This document shows positions 1 through 8,529 of a DNA stretch of 64,000 nucleotides, piece after piece. The notes below the pieces were generated by a model. It did no database searches, was not told the DNA's origin, and saw nothing but the letters and a program-made list of their open reading frames with translations. The stretch is taken from NCBI GenBank assembly GCA_964497425.1, contig CAZCCR010000005.1, forward strand, positions 206-64,205, given 5' to 3'. The stretch comes from an uncultured Gaiellales bacterium. GTDB taxonomy: Bacteria; Actinomycetota; Thermoleophilia; BMS3ABIN01. The first letter of the stretch is position 1. Each line of letters begins with the position of its first letter. Both the position numbers and the translations under genes were made by a program.

Positions 1-99
1 TTCACTATCCAGTACAACGTTCCCACCGGCGTAACGGCCTTCCAGACGACCATCTCTGCTGAAGGTTACGACCAGTGTGGAAACCACTACCTCTGGCCA
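1..99 (+). CDS. 3' end of an unidentified CDS (partial; continues upstream of the window)
   Basis: Frame-1 ORF runs from the window edge to TAG at 97-99. An intrinsic terminator follows on the same strand. Confidence 0.3.
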
Positions 100-173
100 T
101 AGAAGCACGACTGCCGAGCAGTACGAACAGTAAACCTGTTCAGGGATGACAACCTGACGGGTGAGAGACGAAA

Positions 174-209
174 GGGGCGCGGCGCCGAAGGCGCCGCGCC
201 CCTTTTCTG
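174..209 (+). terminator. Rho-independent terminator
   Basis: Perfect 13-bp GC stem GGGGCGCGGCGCC/GGCGCCGCGCCCC with GAAG loop, followed by TTTTCT. Confidence 0.7.
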
Positions 210-213
210 AATA

Positions 214-305
214 GGGACGTTCCTTAACGAATTAAGTTATTTTCCCGAAATCGATGCCGATGCTCTCATTACAGTCAAATTTGTTAATTCGTTAAGGAAC
301 GTCCC
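214..305. repeat. MITE-like palindromic element: perfect 22-bp inverted repeats (214-235 and 284-305) around a 48-bp core, lying just 3' of tRNA-Pro
   Basis: GGGACGTTCCTTAACGAATTAA at 214-235 and its exact reverse complement TTAATTCGTTAAGGAACGTCCC at 284-305. The same 26-nt motif recurs as solo copies at 1251-1276 and 8505-8529. Confidence 0.55.
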
Positions 306-314
306 CGAATATCT

Positions 315-390
<76 letters not shown>

Positions 391-405
391 GAATGCAGGT
401 GTGAA

Positions 406-858
406 TTATATCACAGAGCCCCCACCCTGGACCCCGCTGCTGCCGAAGCCGCCCTCACCACGGCCGCTGTCCGGCAACTCGTCCACTTCCTCGAACTGCA
501 CCTGCTCCACCGGCATGACCACCAGCTGGGCGATGCGGTCTCCCACCCTGATTTCGAAATCCGCATGACCCGTGTTCTGCATGATGACCTTTATCTCTCC
601 ACGATAGTTGCTGTCGATCAGGCCAGGTGAATTGGTGAGTGTTATACCATGCCTGGCCGCCAGACCCGAGCGTGGCTGGACAAAGCCGCCGAAGCCCTGG
701 GGGATGGCCACGGCGATGCCCGTGGGAACCAGCGCCCGTTCCCCTTCCCTCAGTGTCAGCTCCTCGACACTGGCGAGGTCAACCCCTGCGTCGCCGTCAT
801 CATAGGCATGCTCCGGGATGATCGCCGCTGGGTGCAGTTTTTTTATCGTTATGCGCAC
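406..858 (-). CDS. dut: dUTP diphosphatase
   Basis: 150 aa. Contains the dUTPase motifs RSGLAARHGITLTNSPGLIDSNYRGEIKV and a Gly-rich C-terminus. Confidence 0.9.
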   Translation of the reverse strand: MRITIKKLHPAAIIPEHAYDDGDAGVDLASVEELTLREGERALVPTGIAVAIPQGFGGFVQPRSGLAARHGITLTNSPGLIDSNYRGEIKVIMQNTGHADFEIRVGDRIAQLVVMPVEQVQFEEVDELPDSGRGEGGFGSSGVQGGGSVI

Positions 859-1250
859 GGCGCCAGTTTATCAGAACACAACTGCGCTTTGGCCGTAATC
901 GACCGAATATCTTTCCACTCAGCCCCTCTTTCCACCATGCACAGACCTGTGCCTTTGTATCTTCCCCCAGGGTATGATGCTCAGCCCCGGAGGAGCGTCC
1001 TCAGTAGCCCAACCGAGCAGATCCACGTAGAACTTCCTGGCCGCATCCACGTTTCCGGACATGAGTTCGTTCCGGCTGAACGTGCCATGCGGTATGATCC
1101 TCCATGGCCGCTCCGCCCATCGTTCGTCCCTGCGTGACCGATATTAAATCCGCGATGAAGCAAACATCGAACGATAGATATGACCCTCCGGTTTATTTTT
1201 GAACCGGAGAGAACCACGAGTGGTGGCGTCGAGTGATGACGTCCGACCGT

Positions 1251-1276
1251 TTGTTAATTCGTTAAGGAACGTCCCC
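1251..1276. repeat. Solo copy of the 26-nt motif TTGTTAATTCGTTAAGGAACGTCCCC; it overlaps the last codons and stop of the fusion gene
   Basis: Exact match to the right arm of the inverted pair at 281-306. It supplies the ...DVP-stop C-terminus of CDS 1262-3913. Confidence 0.6.
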
Positions 1277-3913
1277 GTCGTTGAGGACCTCCACCACGGC
1301 GGGACCGTCATGCCTGAGCGCCTCCCTGATAGCGCGGCGCAGGTCTCCTTTCTTCCGCACCCGCACGCCGAAGGCGCCGCAGGCCTTGGCATAGCGTGAG
1401 AAGTCAGGGTTCTTCAGGTCCGTCTCCCACGCCTCCTGCCAGCCAGCCTCACGTTGCTCTTTGGAGATCAGTCCCAGTTCACCGTTGTTCAGCACCAGGC
1501 AGGTGATATTCATGCCGTACTTGACCGCGGTGGTCAGCTCAGCCAGATACTGGCCGAAGCCCCCATCCCCCACCACAGCGATGATGGGCCGGTGGGGCCG
1601 TGCCGCCCAGGCGCCCATGGCCGCCGGGAAACCGAAGCCGATGGAACCCAGGTAGCCCGACATAAGGGTCACCTGGTTGTTCCTGCTCTCCAGGTACCGC
1701 CCGAAGGAATAGGTGTTGTCGCCTACGTCCACGGTGAAGATGGTGTCATCGGGAGCCACCTTCTCCAGGGCGGCGAACACCGCCGCCGAACTGATGCCCT
1801 TGCCCCTGTCCATCCGGGCCCTCTTCCGCTTCTCGCGGCGCCAGAGACGCCAGCGCTCAGCTATCTCCTCCCGCTGGTCCTCGGCCGCCGGGCCCGCTTC
1901 TCCACCCCCTTCTTTGCCACCCGTCTCAAGCCCGTCACAGATGAGCCCGGCAGTGACGCCGGCGTCACCCCACACGGGCACCGTCACCTGGTGAAAGCGC
2001 CCCAGGGGCATGCGTTCGAAGTCCACCTGGATGATCGGCTTATTGGGGTCTATGCCCGTATGCTCGGAGAAGGACGCACCGAAAACCAGCAACAGGTCCG
2101 CCCGGTTCATGAACCAGCTGGAGACCGGCGTTCCGCTCCGCCCCAGCACACCGGTTGCAAGGGGATGACTGTCCGCCAGCAACCCCTTGGCCTTGAAGGT
2201 GGTCATCACCGGCGCCCGCAGCCGCTCGGCCAGCCGCATCACCTGCGCCATCCCGCCACGGGCACCATGGCCTACGATTATCACCGGCCGCCCGGCTTCC
2301 CGCACCCGTATCACCGCCTCACGCAGCTGCTCCGCCGGGGGCGCGATGGCGGTAGGCCCTATACGCCCGCGCGGCTGGGAAGGAAGCTCCGTCGCTGCCG
2401 CTTCGAGTTCCTGAACAGAGTCGGGGAATATCAGGTGGGCGACATTGCGCTCGACCAGCGCCTGCTTGCACGCCAGCGTCATCAGTTCCGCGTGGTTGCT
2501 GTCCCTCAGCACCGGCTGGCTGAAGTCCGCCACTTCATTGAAAGCGCCGGCCAGGTCTATCTCCTGGAAGGTCCCCGGGCCCAGCACCTGAACCTTCACC
2601 TGTCCCGTCAGCGCCAGCAACGGCGCCCGGTCGGTGCGGGCGTCCCACAGGCCGGTGAGCAGGTTGGTGGCGCCGGGTCCGGCGATGGTCATGCAGGCCG
2701 CCGGGTAGCCGGTGAGCTTGGCGAAGGCTGAGCAGGCGAAGGCCGCGGCCCCCTCGTGCCTGATGCCGATATAGGCAAGGTTGCCCCTCTCCACCTGCCG
2801 CCGCACCGCATCCGCCATCCCCAGGATGGAAAAGCCCACCATGCCGAAAACATGGCTGATGCCCCAGTTGATCATGGTCTGCACCATGACATCGCTGACG
2901 GTGCGCCCGGTGGAGGTCACCACCTCCATCTGGACATAGACGCCGTCATCCCGCTCCTCAACGGGATATGTTTCCACAGGTTCGTGCACACCCCGGGGGT
3001 CCCGGCCGCTGAACGGGTCATAGCCCCATCCATGCCAGGGACAGACGAGCACGCCGTCCTCCAGCGACCCTTCCCCCAGGGGACCCCCCATATGGGCGCA
3101 GCGACCGTCCAGGGCTGCATATCTACCCCTGAGCCTGACCAGCGCCAGCTCCCTGCCGGCCGCCTCCACCTTCCTTACCTGCCCTTCCCTCAACTCGCCC
3201 TTGCCGCCGACACGGAGCCAGCGCAGCTCCTTCCCGGCGACGGTAGTCTTTTCCCTGTCGTCCTGGAAACCGACATGCCAGTGGCTGCCGTCGCAGAAAG
3301 GTTTGTTCTTCGACGCACCGCACCGGCAGAGCGTGTAGTGCTCCCGGGAGGCCCCACGGCCCCAACGCTCCCGGCTCTCCAGCATTATCCCGCCACGCAC
3401 GCGGTATGGACCGTTTTTCGAAACGACTATCTCAGGCGCGTTGTCGCGGTCGCGATACTCCTTGCCCTCAAATCTGTAGCTGAGCGCGCCAGAAGGACAT
3501 TTTTCGATCACTTCGATTATTTTCTTTACCGGCGACCCGTCCGGGTCTATCCAGGGCTCCACCCCCGTCTTCCATACCCTGGGGCCGCAGCTCGTACAGT
3601 AGCCGGCATGCGAACATATGCCGCGGTTGTCGTGTATGGTTATCCTGCCGTCTTTCGACTTGTAGTCCATCCTCCTGTCCAGTGAACCGTCGGTGATCCT
3701 TGCCGAGATGAAACCGTTCTTGTCATGTGTGCCGTCACAGAACGGTTTGTTGTGCGAGCCGCCGCACCTGCAGAGGAAGAGGTCGTCCCGCGTCTCTTCC
3801 TGCTCCCCTTCCGCATCCGTGAGCCTCTTCAGGCCCTTAACGTGATAGGGTCCGTTGCGAAGCGGCTCGATGGCGGGCTTTTTCTTACTGCCCTTCTTCT
3901 TTCGTGCCATCAC
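1262..3913 (-). CDS. Multi-domain redox fusion: CDGSH Fe-S domain / divergent 4Fe-4S mono-cluster (Fer4_19-like) / second CDGSH / Rieske [2Fe-2S] / TPP-dependent enzyme of the pyruvate-oxidase-acetolactate-synthase family
   Basis: 883 aa. CRCGGSHNKPFCDGTH and CRCGASKNKPFCDGSH are CDGSH motifs. GICSHAGYCTSCGP...CPSGAL is Fer4_19-like. CAHMGGP...CPWHGW is a Rieske CxH...CxxH motif. The C-terminal ~540 aa has the TPP N-domain, a central domain and GDGGF...NNGELG TPP-binding motifs. Confidence 0.85.
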   Translation of the reverse strand: MMARKKKGSKKKPAIEPLRNGPYHVKGLKRLTDAEGEQEETRDDLFLCRCGGSHNKPFCDGTHDKNGFISARITDGSLDRRMDYKSKDGRITIHDNRGICSHAGYCTSCGPRVWKTGVEPWIDPDGSPVKKIIEVIEKCPSGALSYRFEGKEYRDRDNAPEIVVSKNGPYRVRGGIMLESRERWGRGASREHYTLCRCGASKNKPFCDGSHWHVGFQDDREKTTVAGKELRWLRVGGKGELREGQVRKVEAAGRELALVRLRGRYAALDGRCAHMGGPLGEGSLEDGVLVCPWHGWGYDPFSGRDPRGVHEPVETYPVEERDDGVYVQMEVVTSTGRTVSDVMVQTMINWGISHVFGMVGFSILGMADAVRRQVERGNLAYIGIRHEGAAAFACSAFAKLTGYPAACMTIAGPGATNLLTGLWDARTDRAPLLALTGQVKVQVLGPGTFQEIDLAGAFNEVADFSQPVLRDSNHAELMTLACKQALVERNVAHLIFPDSVQELEAAATELPSQPRGRIGPTAIAPPAEQLREAVIRVREAGRPVIIVGHGARGGMAQVMRLAERLRAPVMTTFKAKGLLADSHPLATGVLGRSGTPVSSWFMNRADLLLVFGASFSEHTGIDPNKPIIQVDFERMPLGRFHQVTVPVWGDAGVTAGLICDGLETGGKEGGGEAGPAAEDQREEIAERWRLWRREKRKRARMDRGKGISSAAVFAALEKVAPDDTIFTVDVGDNTYSFGRYLESRNNQVTLMSGYLGSIGFGFPAAMGAWAARPHRPIIAVVGDGGFGQYLAELTTAVKYGMNITCLVLNNGELGLISKEQREAGWQEAWETDLKNPDFSRYAKACGAFGVRVRKKGDLRRAIREALRHDGPAVVEVLNDGDVP

Positions 3914-3979
3914 ATATCACTTCCCCTGGTGATTCCGCGTCTTGCCCTCAGATGATATCGGAATCATATTACTCGAATC

Positions 3980-4430
3980 ATCTTTTCCCGGGATATCCGT
4001 TTTGATACCAGGGTCTTAGTTTATTCCGGGATGATTGTTTTATCCGGGCTGATTGTTTATTCCGGTGTCATTTTTTCCGGTGTCATCCTACTACCTGGCT
4101 CCGTTATCTTGTCCCGGGGGTAATTGGTTCTATTCCTGGGTCATCTTTTTCCTTGCGTCATTCTTGCCCACCAGCCATTTCTATTTCCTGGATCTTTCTT
4201 TTTGGCGTCGCCTGCCTCCTGCGGGGTTGACGCCGGCACCGCACTTGAGCCTGACGCCGCTGGAACGAGTGTGGATTCAGGGAGGGTCTCAGGCTGCTCC
4301 CGGAGCCAATTCATTATCATGGCGTTATTGTCCTTTCCCGGAGCCATTGTCTCACCCGTGATCTGTTTTCCCGGGATCTTTTTCCCTGAGTTTTTCCCGG
4401 TAACTTCTTTCGAGGTCTTTTTCCCTTGAT
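3980..4430. repeat. Array of about 13 degenerate ~20-bp direct repeats (core TTYCCGGG..ATYnTT) in the 5' region of the fusion gene, followed by an AT-rich segment (4430-4584)
   Basis: Examples: tcttttcccgggatatccg, ttattccgggatgattgtt, ttatccgggctgattgttt, tattccggtgtcatttttt, gttttcccgggatctttttcc, tttttcccggtaacttcttt. Many contain the palindrome TCCCGGGA. Confidence 0.55.
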
Positions 4431-4584
4431 ATCATCTGCCTTGACCTTGTTTATCATAAGTAATAACATGTTTATATCTTTTATATTATTTCTGGCTAAT
4501 TATCCCAACTTCATTACTTTTGGTGTCTTTACATAATGTGATTAATAATGATACATATAGGAGATGTTATCAATTAATCTCTTT

Positions 4585-4953
4585 TTATCCTTTCTCCAGG
4601 ATCAGGCGGGCGATGTCCTCCCTGCCGCTCTCCCTGGCAAGATAGAGCGCATCGGCGTAGGGGATCACCTCATCCCCCCGTTCACTCTGTATCACGCAGA
4701 GTGAAGGGTCGGCGCCGCTTTCCAGCAGCAGCTCCACGCACTCCCTGCTGCCCGCCGCCACCGCAACGTGCAACGGCGTCCCTTTCAGGCCATGCCTGAT
4801 GATGATGTCCTCCAGTCCCCGGTATGGAGCATAGGTGTCGATATCCTCCCGCTTCCCGGAAAGAGCGCGCGACAGGGCGCGGTGATCCCCTTCCGCAGCC
4901 AGGCGATGTAGTACAGGCCCGGTCTTCGACATGACGCTCAGGGGGAGAACCAC
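4585..4953 (-). CDS. Ankyrin-repeat protein
   Basis: 122 aa; GTPLHVAVAAGSRECVELLLESGADP is a canonical ANK repeat. Confidence 0.8.
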   Translation of the reverse strand: MVLPLSVMSKTGPVLHRLAAEGDHRALSRALSGKREDIDTYAPYRGLEDIIIRHGLKGTPLHVAVAAGSRECVELLLESGADPSLCVIQSERGDEVIPYADALYLARESGREDIARLILEKG

Positions 4954-5591
4954 CCGGTCAGCGTCGCCTCATCCAGGATATGGCCGCCATATTCCTCCCG
5001 GAAGGAGCTACGGGTCACCGCCAGCCCAGCCGGCAGAGACGGCAGTTGCGCGTCGAGGGCGAAAACCGTGATGCTGTAGGTGTGCCTCGAGGGCGGACAT
5101 GGACCGGCGTATCCCTGCTTGCCGTCGTAGGCCATCCCGATGGTCACGCCTTCGATGACGTCGGGATCGACGCCTGCATCCAGGGTTGTGACCGCGGCGG
5201 GGATGTTGAACAGGGCCCAATGGCGGCAGGCGTCCGCCCCGGTGCCGCAAGGCGGGTCCTCGTCATCCATCACCACGGCGTACCCAGCCGTCCCCTCCGG
5301 CGCTCCGTTCCATGAGAGCTGGGGAGAACGGTTGTCTCCGCCCAGCCTCCCACATGCGATGGCGCGGGCGATCTCCCCCCCACTGCCAACGTCGTCGCTG
5401 GTGAGCGACATGCCGGCGGCGGATGTGTCCATGGTTCTCAGGCCCGGCGCCGGCGTTGTGGCATCATGGTTCCCGACGCCGCCCCCCTTCTCACCCTCTG
5501 CCTCGCCGCAGGCCGAAACAAGCAGCGTCATCAGAACCAATGCCGTCAATGCAACCGTCTTGAACACGCGACGAACGGAAACAGCGTGCAT
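4938..5591 (-). CDS. YbhB/YbcL (PEBP) family lipoprotein
   Basis: PEBP motifs: SPQLSWNGAPEGT, HWALFNIPA, YAGPCPPSRHTYSITVFALD. The start is placed at MHAVSVRR...LLVSAC (RR signal plus lipobox); the ORF track extends it to 5654. It overlaps the ankyrin gene by 16 nt. Confidence 0.75.
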   Translation of the reverse strand: MHAVSVRRVFKTVALTALVLMTLLVSACGEAEGEKGGGVGNHDATTPAPGLRTMDTSAAGMSLTSDDVGSGGEIARAIACGRLGGDNRSPQLSWNGAPEGTAGYAVVMDDEDPPCGTGADACRHWALFNIPAAVTTLDAGVDPDVIEGVTIGMAYDGKQGYAGPCPPSRHTYSITVFALDAQLPSLPAGLAVTRSSFREEYGGHILDEATLTGWFSP

Positions 5592-5697
5592 CCGGCCTCC
5601 TGGATTTGTCCCTTGTCTTTCGCCGCCAACCGCGAGAGTCCGGGACGGCGGCATCCGGCCTCTTGCCTATAGTCAATGATATCCTCAAGCCGCCGGG

Positions 5698-7104
5698 TCA
5701 AAACCCTGTGTTGGAGGGCCTGTCCCGGTTCTGTGACCAGTATCGCCTGAGCACATCCAGGCAGTCGCTTTCCTCGACCCGGTCATGGTTCTGCGGGTCG
5801 GCGCCGTGAAGCAGGTTGAAATCGTCGTTATAATAGCCGTCAAGGAAGGCGGGGCTCCATTCCCAGACGGCGGTGCCGACGCCCAGACGGTCGAATTGGG
5901 CCAGCTGGTCCGACATGAAACGTTCCGCCCCCGGCTCGTAGCGTATCAGGCCGGTCTCGGTGACGGCCAGGGTCATGCCGTCTTCCTCCTGGAACCTGCG
6001 CATGCCGCCATAGATGGTTTCCGTGATGAAAGCGGTATCGAACGAGTCCTCCTCGCCGTCGCCGTCCAGGTCCATCGTCCCTGGATACCGAATATCGAGA
6101 GGCGGTTCCTGGTGGGTGTAATCCAGTGGTTCATACTGATGCACCGAGTAGATCACCAGCGGGTCGGTTGAAAGGGTCAGCTCGGACAGCCAGCTGAGAC
6201 TGCTGTAGGACATGGGGCTGACCAGGATCGGGGTGCGGTCGTCGACCTCCCTGATGGCCTGGACCATGGTCGGATATATGTTGTTCCAGTCGGATACCTC
6301 CCCCGCATGCTCCCGGTAGTAGCTTTCCGCGTCCCACTGGTCGTAGAGGACCTCGTTGGCGTTGGGTTCCACCATCAGCTCATAGCCAGCCACCACCGGG
6401 TTTTCGCGGTAACGTTCGGCGGTATGACGCCACATGCGGGCCCATGCCGCCTGCGCCTCCCTGTCCTGCCAGACACGGTCGTTGTAATCGCTGCGGTGGA
6501 ACCAGCCCACTTCATCTCCGGCTTCCTCAAGGGACTCTCCGTAATTGAATGTGAACTCGGCCCTGCCGGGACCGGTGCGAAAGGCGATGACGGCGAACAT
6601 GTCGGCGTTGGCGATCATTTCAAGCAGGCGGTCCAGGTTCGCCTGGGCATCCTCATCCAGCCCATAGGGCGGATCCTCTGAGAACAGGCCGGGGTGGGAG
6701 ATGTTGACATAGTTGGCCCCCAGGGCCGACAGGCGGTTGAAATCCTCCTGGGTGAAAGGTGGACCGACAGGCGAGCTCCCGTATACCCCCTCGTAGACAG
6801 AGTGGTCCACATGGGCCTGCCAGATGTTCGCGCCCCTGAGCCTGGCCCCTCCCCGCCACAGGTCGATCTTCGCCCCGGCCGGTAACGTCTCGCTGCCGTC
6901 CGCTGTGGGCGCCGGCGAGGACGACGCCGCCCGATCGTCAGCAGGCGTGCGGGCGCCGGTACCGGCCGCTTCATCACTGCCGCCGCAGGAGACCGCCCAC
7001 GACGCCAGAACCATGAGCGAAAAAAGGAGGAGCAGGAGCAGGCCCGTCGCCGGTGCCTTCCCTGCAGTTCCCGGGTCATCGCCAGCGAGCGGCGGCGGCA
7101 TCAT
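5698..7104 (-). CDS. Glycoside hydrolase family 5 (cellulase-like) lipoprotein
   Basis: 468 aa with a signal peptide ending VSCGG. GH5 catalytic NEP motif in GYELMVEPNANEV; low-complexity S/A linker. Confidence 0.8.
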   Translation of the reverse strand: MMPPPLAGDDPGTAGKAPATGLLLLLLFSLMVLASWAVSCGGSDEAAGTGARTPADDRAASSSPAPTADGSETLPAGAKIDLWRGGARLRGANIWQAHVDHSVYEGVYGSSPVGPPFTQEDFNRLSALGANYVNISHPGLFSEDPPYGLDEDAQANLDRLLEMIANADMFAVIAFRTGPGRAEFTFNYGESLEEAGDEVGWFHRSDYNDRVWQDREAQAAWARMWRHTAERYRENPVVAGYELMVEPNANEVLYDQWDAESYYREHAGEVSDWNNIYPTMVQAIREVDDRTPILVSPMSYSSLSWLSELTLSTDPLVIYSVHQYEPLDYTHQEPPLDIRYPGTMDLDGDGEEDSFDTAFITETIYGGMRRFQEEDGMTLAVTETGLIRYEPGAERFMSDQLAQFDRLGVGTAVWEWSPAFLDGYYNDDFNLLHGADPQNHDRVEESDCLDVLRRYWSQNRDRPSNTGF

Positions 7105-8297
7105 CCATCATCCCTGTACCTGAAGCGTGAGTAACGCCCGGCCTCTTCCCGGGGGATTCTCGCCCTGATGATTACCCCTTCCTGGGTGCTGTCAATCTCC
7201 ACATCCGCACCGATCCGATACACCTCGCCGATAGCCTTGCCGTCGCCATAGGGGAACAGCAGGCTGACCCGCACAAGGCGTTCATTGAAATGGTCCCTGA
7301 CTTCCTCACGCAGCCCTTCCAGCCCCTCGCCGGTCAGAGCTGATACCAGCACCGCTTCCGGGTAGCGGCGCCTGAGGAATGACTCTTCATCAGCATCCAG
7401 CAGGTCTGCCTTGTTCAGCACCAGCAGGCGCGGTATGGAGGCCGCCTCGATCTCCTCCAGCACCATCTCCACAGAACTTATTGCGTCCTCGAGTTCAGAT
7501 TCAGGGATCGACGCATCCGCGACATGGAGTATCAGGTGCGCCACGAGGGTCTCTTCCAGCGTGGAATGGAAAGACTCGACGAGTTGATGAGGCAGCTTGC
7601 GGATGAAACCCACCGTGTCCGTCAACAGGAAGGTCTGACCGGAGAACTCATAGGCGCGGGTTGTAGGGTCGAGGGTCTCAAAAAGGCGGTCCCTGACGGA
7701 GACGTTGCTGCTGGTGAGCGCGTTCAGCAGTGTGGATTTTCCCGTGTTGGTATAACCAGCCAGAGCGATGAGAGGCAGGCGGGAAGCAAGCCTGGAGCGC
7801 CTCATCACATCCCGTGACGCCGACACCTCCCTCAGCCGCTTCCTTACCTTGCCTATGCGCTTGTGGGCGACACGGCGGTCCACCTCCAGCTGTGTCTCAC
7901 CCGGACCCCTGGTACCGATACCGCCACCGAGCCTTGACAGCTCTATGCCCTTGCCGGTCATACGGCTGAGATTGAACTCCAGTTGGGCCAGTTCCACCTG
8001 CAGCTTCCCTTCGGCGGTGTGGGCATGTTGGGCGAAGATGTCCAGGATGAGAGCGGTCCTGTCAATGACTCTCAGCCCCAGCCGGTCCTCCAGATTACGC
8101 TGTTGGTTGGGGGTAAGCTCGTCCTCAGCGACGATCAGGTCCGGCTCGAGTCGCCCCAGCTCGTTCTGTAGTTCCCGGAGCTTCCCTTTCCCGAAGTAGG
8201 TACGGGGATCCGGCCGTTCCCGGCGCTGTATCATCTGGCCCACAGGCTCCGCCCCGGCTGTTGCCAGTAGCTCCTTGAGCTCTGCCAGCTCGTCCAC
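7101..8297 (-). CDS. hflX: GTPase HflX
   Basis: 398 aa with GTP-binding motifs GYTNTGKSTLLNALT, DTVGF and NKAD. GTG start. There is a 4-bp overlap with the GH5 gene. Confidence 0.9.
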   Translation of the reverse strand: MDELAELKELLATAGAEPVGQMIQRRERPDPRTYFGKGKLRELQNELGRLEPDLIVAEDELTPNQQRNLEDRLGLRVIDRTALILDIFAQHAHTAEGKLQVELAQLEFNLSRMTGKGIELSRLGGGIGTRGPGETQLEVDRRVAHKRIGKVRKRLREVSASRDVMRRSRLASRLPLIALAGYTNTGKSTLLNALTSSNVSVRDRLFETLDPTTRAYEFSGQTFLLTDTVGFIRKLPHQLVESFHSTLEETLVAHLILHVADASIPESELEDAISSVEMVLEEIEAASIPRLLVLNKADLLDADEESFLRRRYPEAVLVSALTGEGLEGLREEVRDHFNERLVRVSLLFPYGDGKAIGEVYRIGADVEIDSTQEGVIIRARIPREEAGRYSRFRYRDDG

Positions 8298-8412
8298 ATC
8301 CTCGGCGGGGACCGGCCCAGGCAGGACCGCGATCAGATATGCGCTTTCAGGTGTTTGTCCGTTTCTTCTGTCCAGATCCGGCTCATTCCGCCTTTATGAG
8401 TACTCAGTATGT

Positions 8413-8455
8413 GAACCGGTCGACTTGTCTTGTCATCGATATACGAACCGGTTCG
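8413..8455. promoter_or_regulatory. Candidate operator upstream of hflX: perfect 12-bp palindrome CGAACCGGTTCG (8444-8455) with a related direct half-repeat GAACCGGTCGAC (8413-8424)
   Basis: Read directly from the sequence. Located 115-160 bp upstream of the hflX start. Confidence 0.3.
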
Positions 8456-8504
8456 ACTTTCCACGTCATCGGGTGCTGCTGGCCGGCAACGTCCCTGGTA
8501 AAGT

Positions 8505-8529
8505 TTGTTAATTCGTTAAAGAACGTCCC
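8505..8529. repeat. Solo (one mismatch) copy of the 26-nt motif, TTGTTAATTCGTTAAAGAACGTCCC, abutting the dapL stop codon
   Basis: Matches 1251-1276 at 24 of 25 positions. AACGTCCC also occurs as a direct repeat 34 bp away at 8488-8495. Confidence 0.6.

Noticed and set aside
1239-1276. ACGTCC direct repeats flanking the solo 26-nt motif copies, considered as target-site duplications
   Set aside because: The spacing differs between copies (30 versus 34 bp). The inverted-pair copy at 214-305 has no such flanks. It is more likely part of the motif itself or coincidental.
1454-2731. 425-aa ORF on the plus strand
   Set aside because: It lies entirely antisense to the well-supported fusion gene. 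Its composition is Arg/Pro/Gly/His-rich and low-complexity, as is typical of GC-rich antisense frames. No recognisable domain.
4053-4429. ORFs 4053-4361 and 4124-4429 (about 100 aa) inside the repeat array
   Set aside because: Their products are Phe/Pro/Ser-rich low-complexity translations of the T-rich tandem repeats; no start context. Treated as non-coding.
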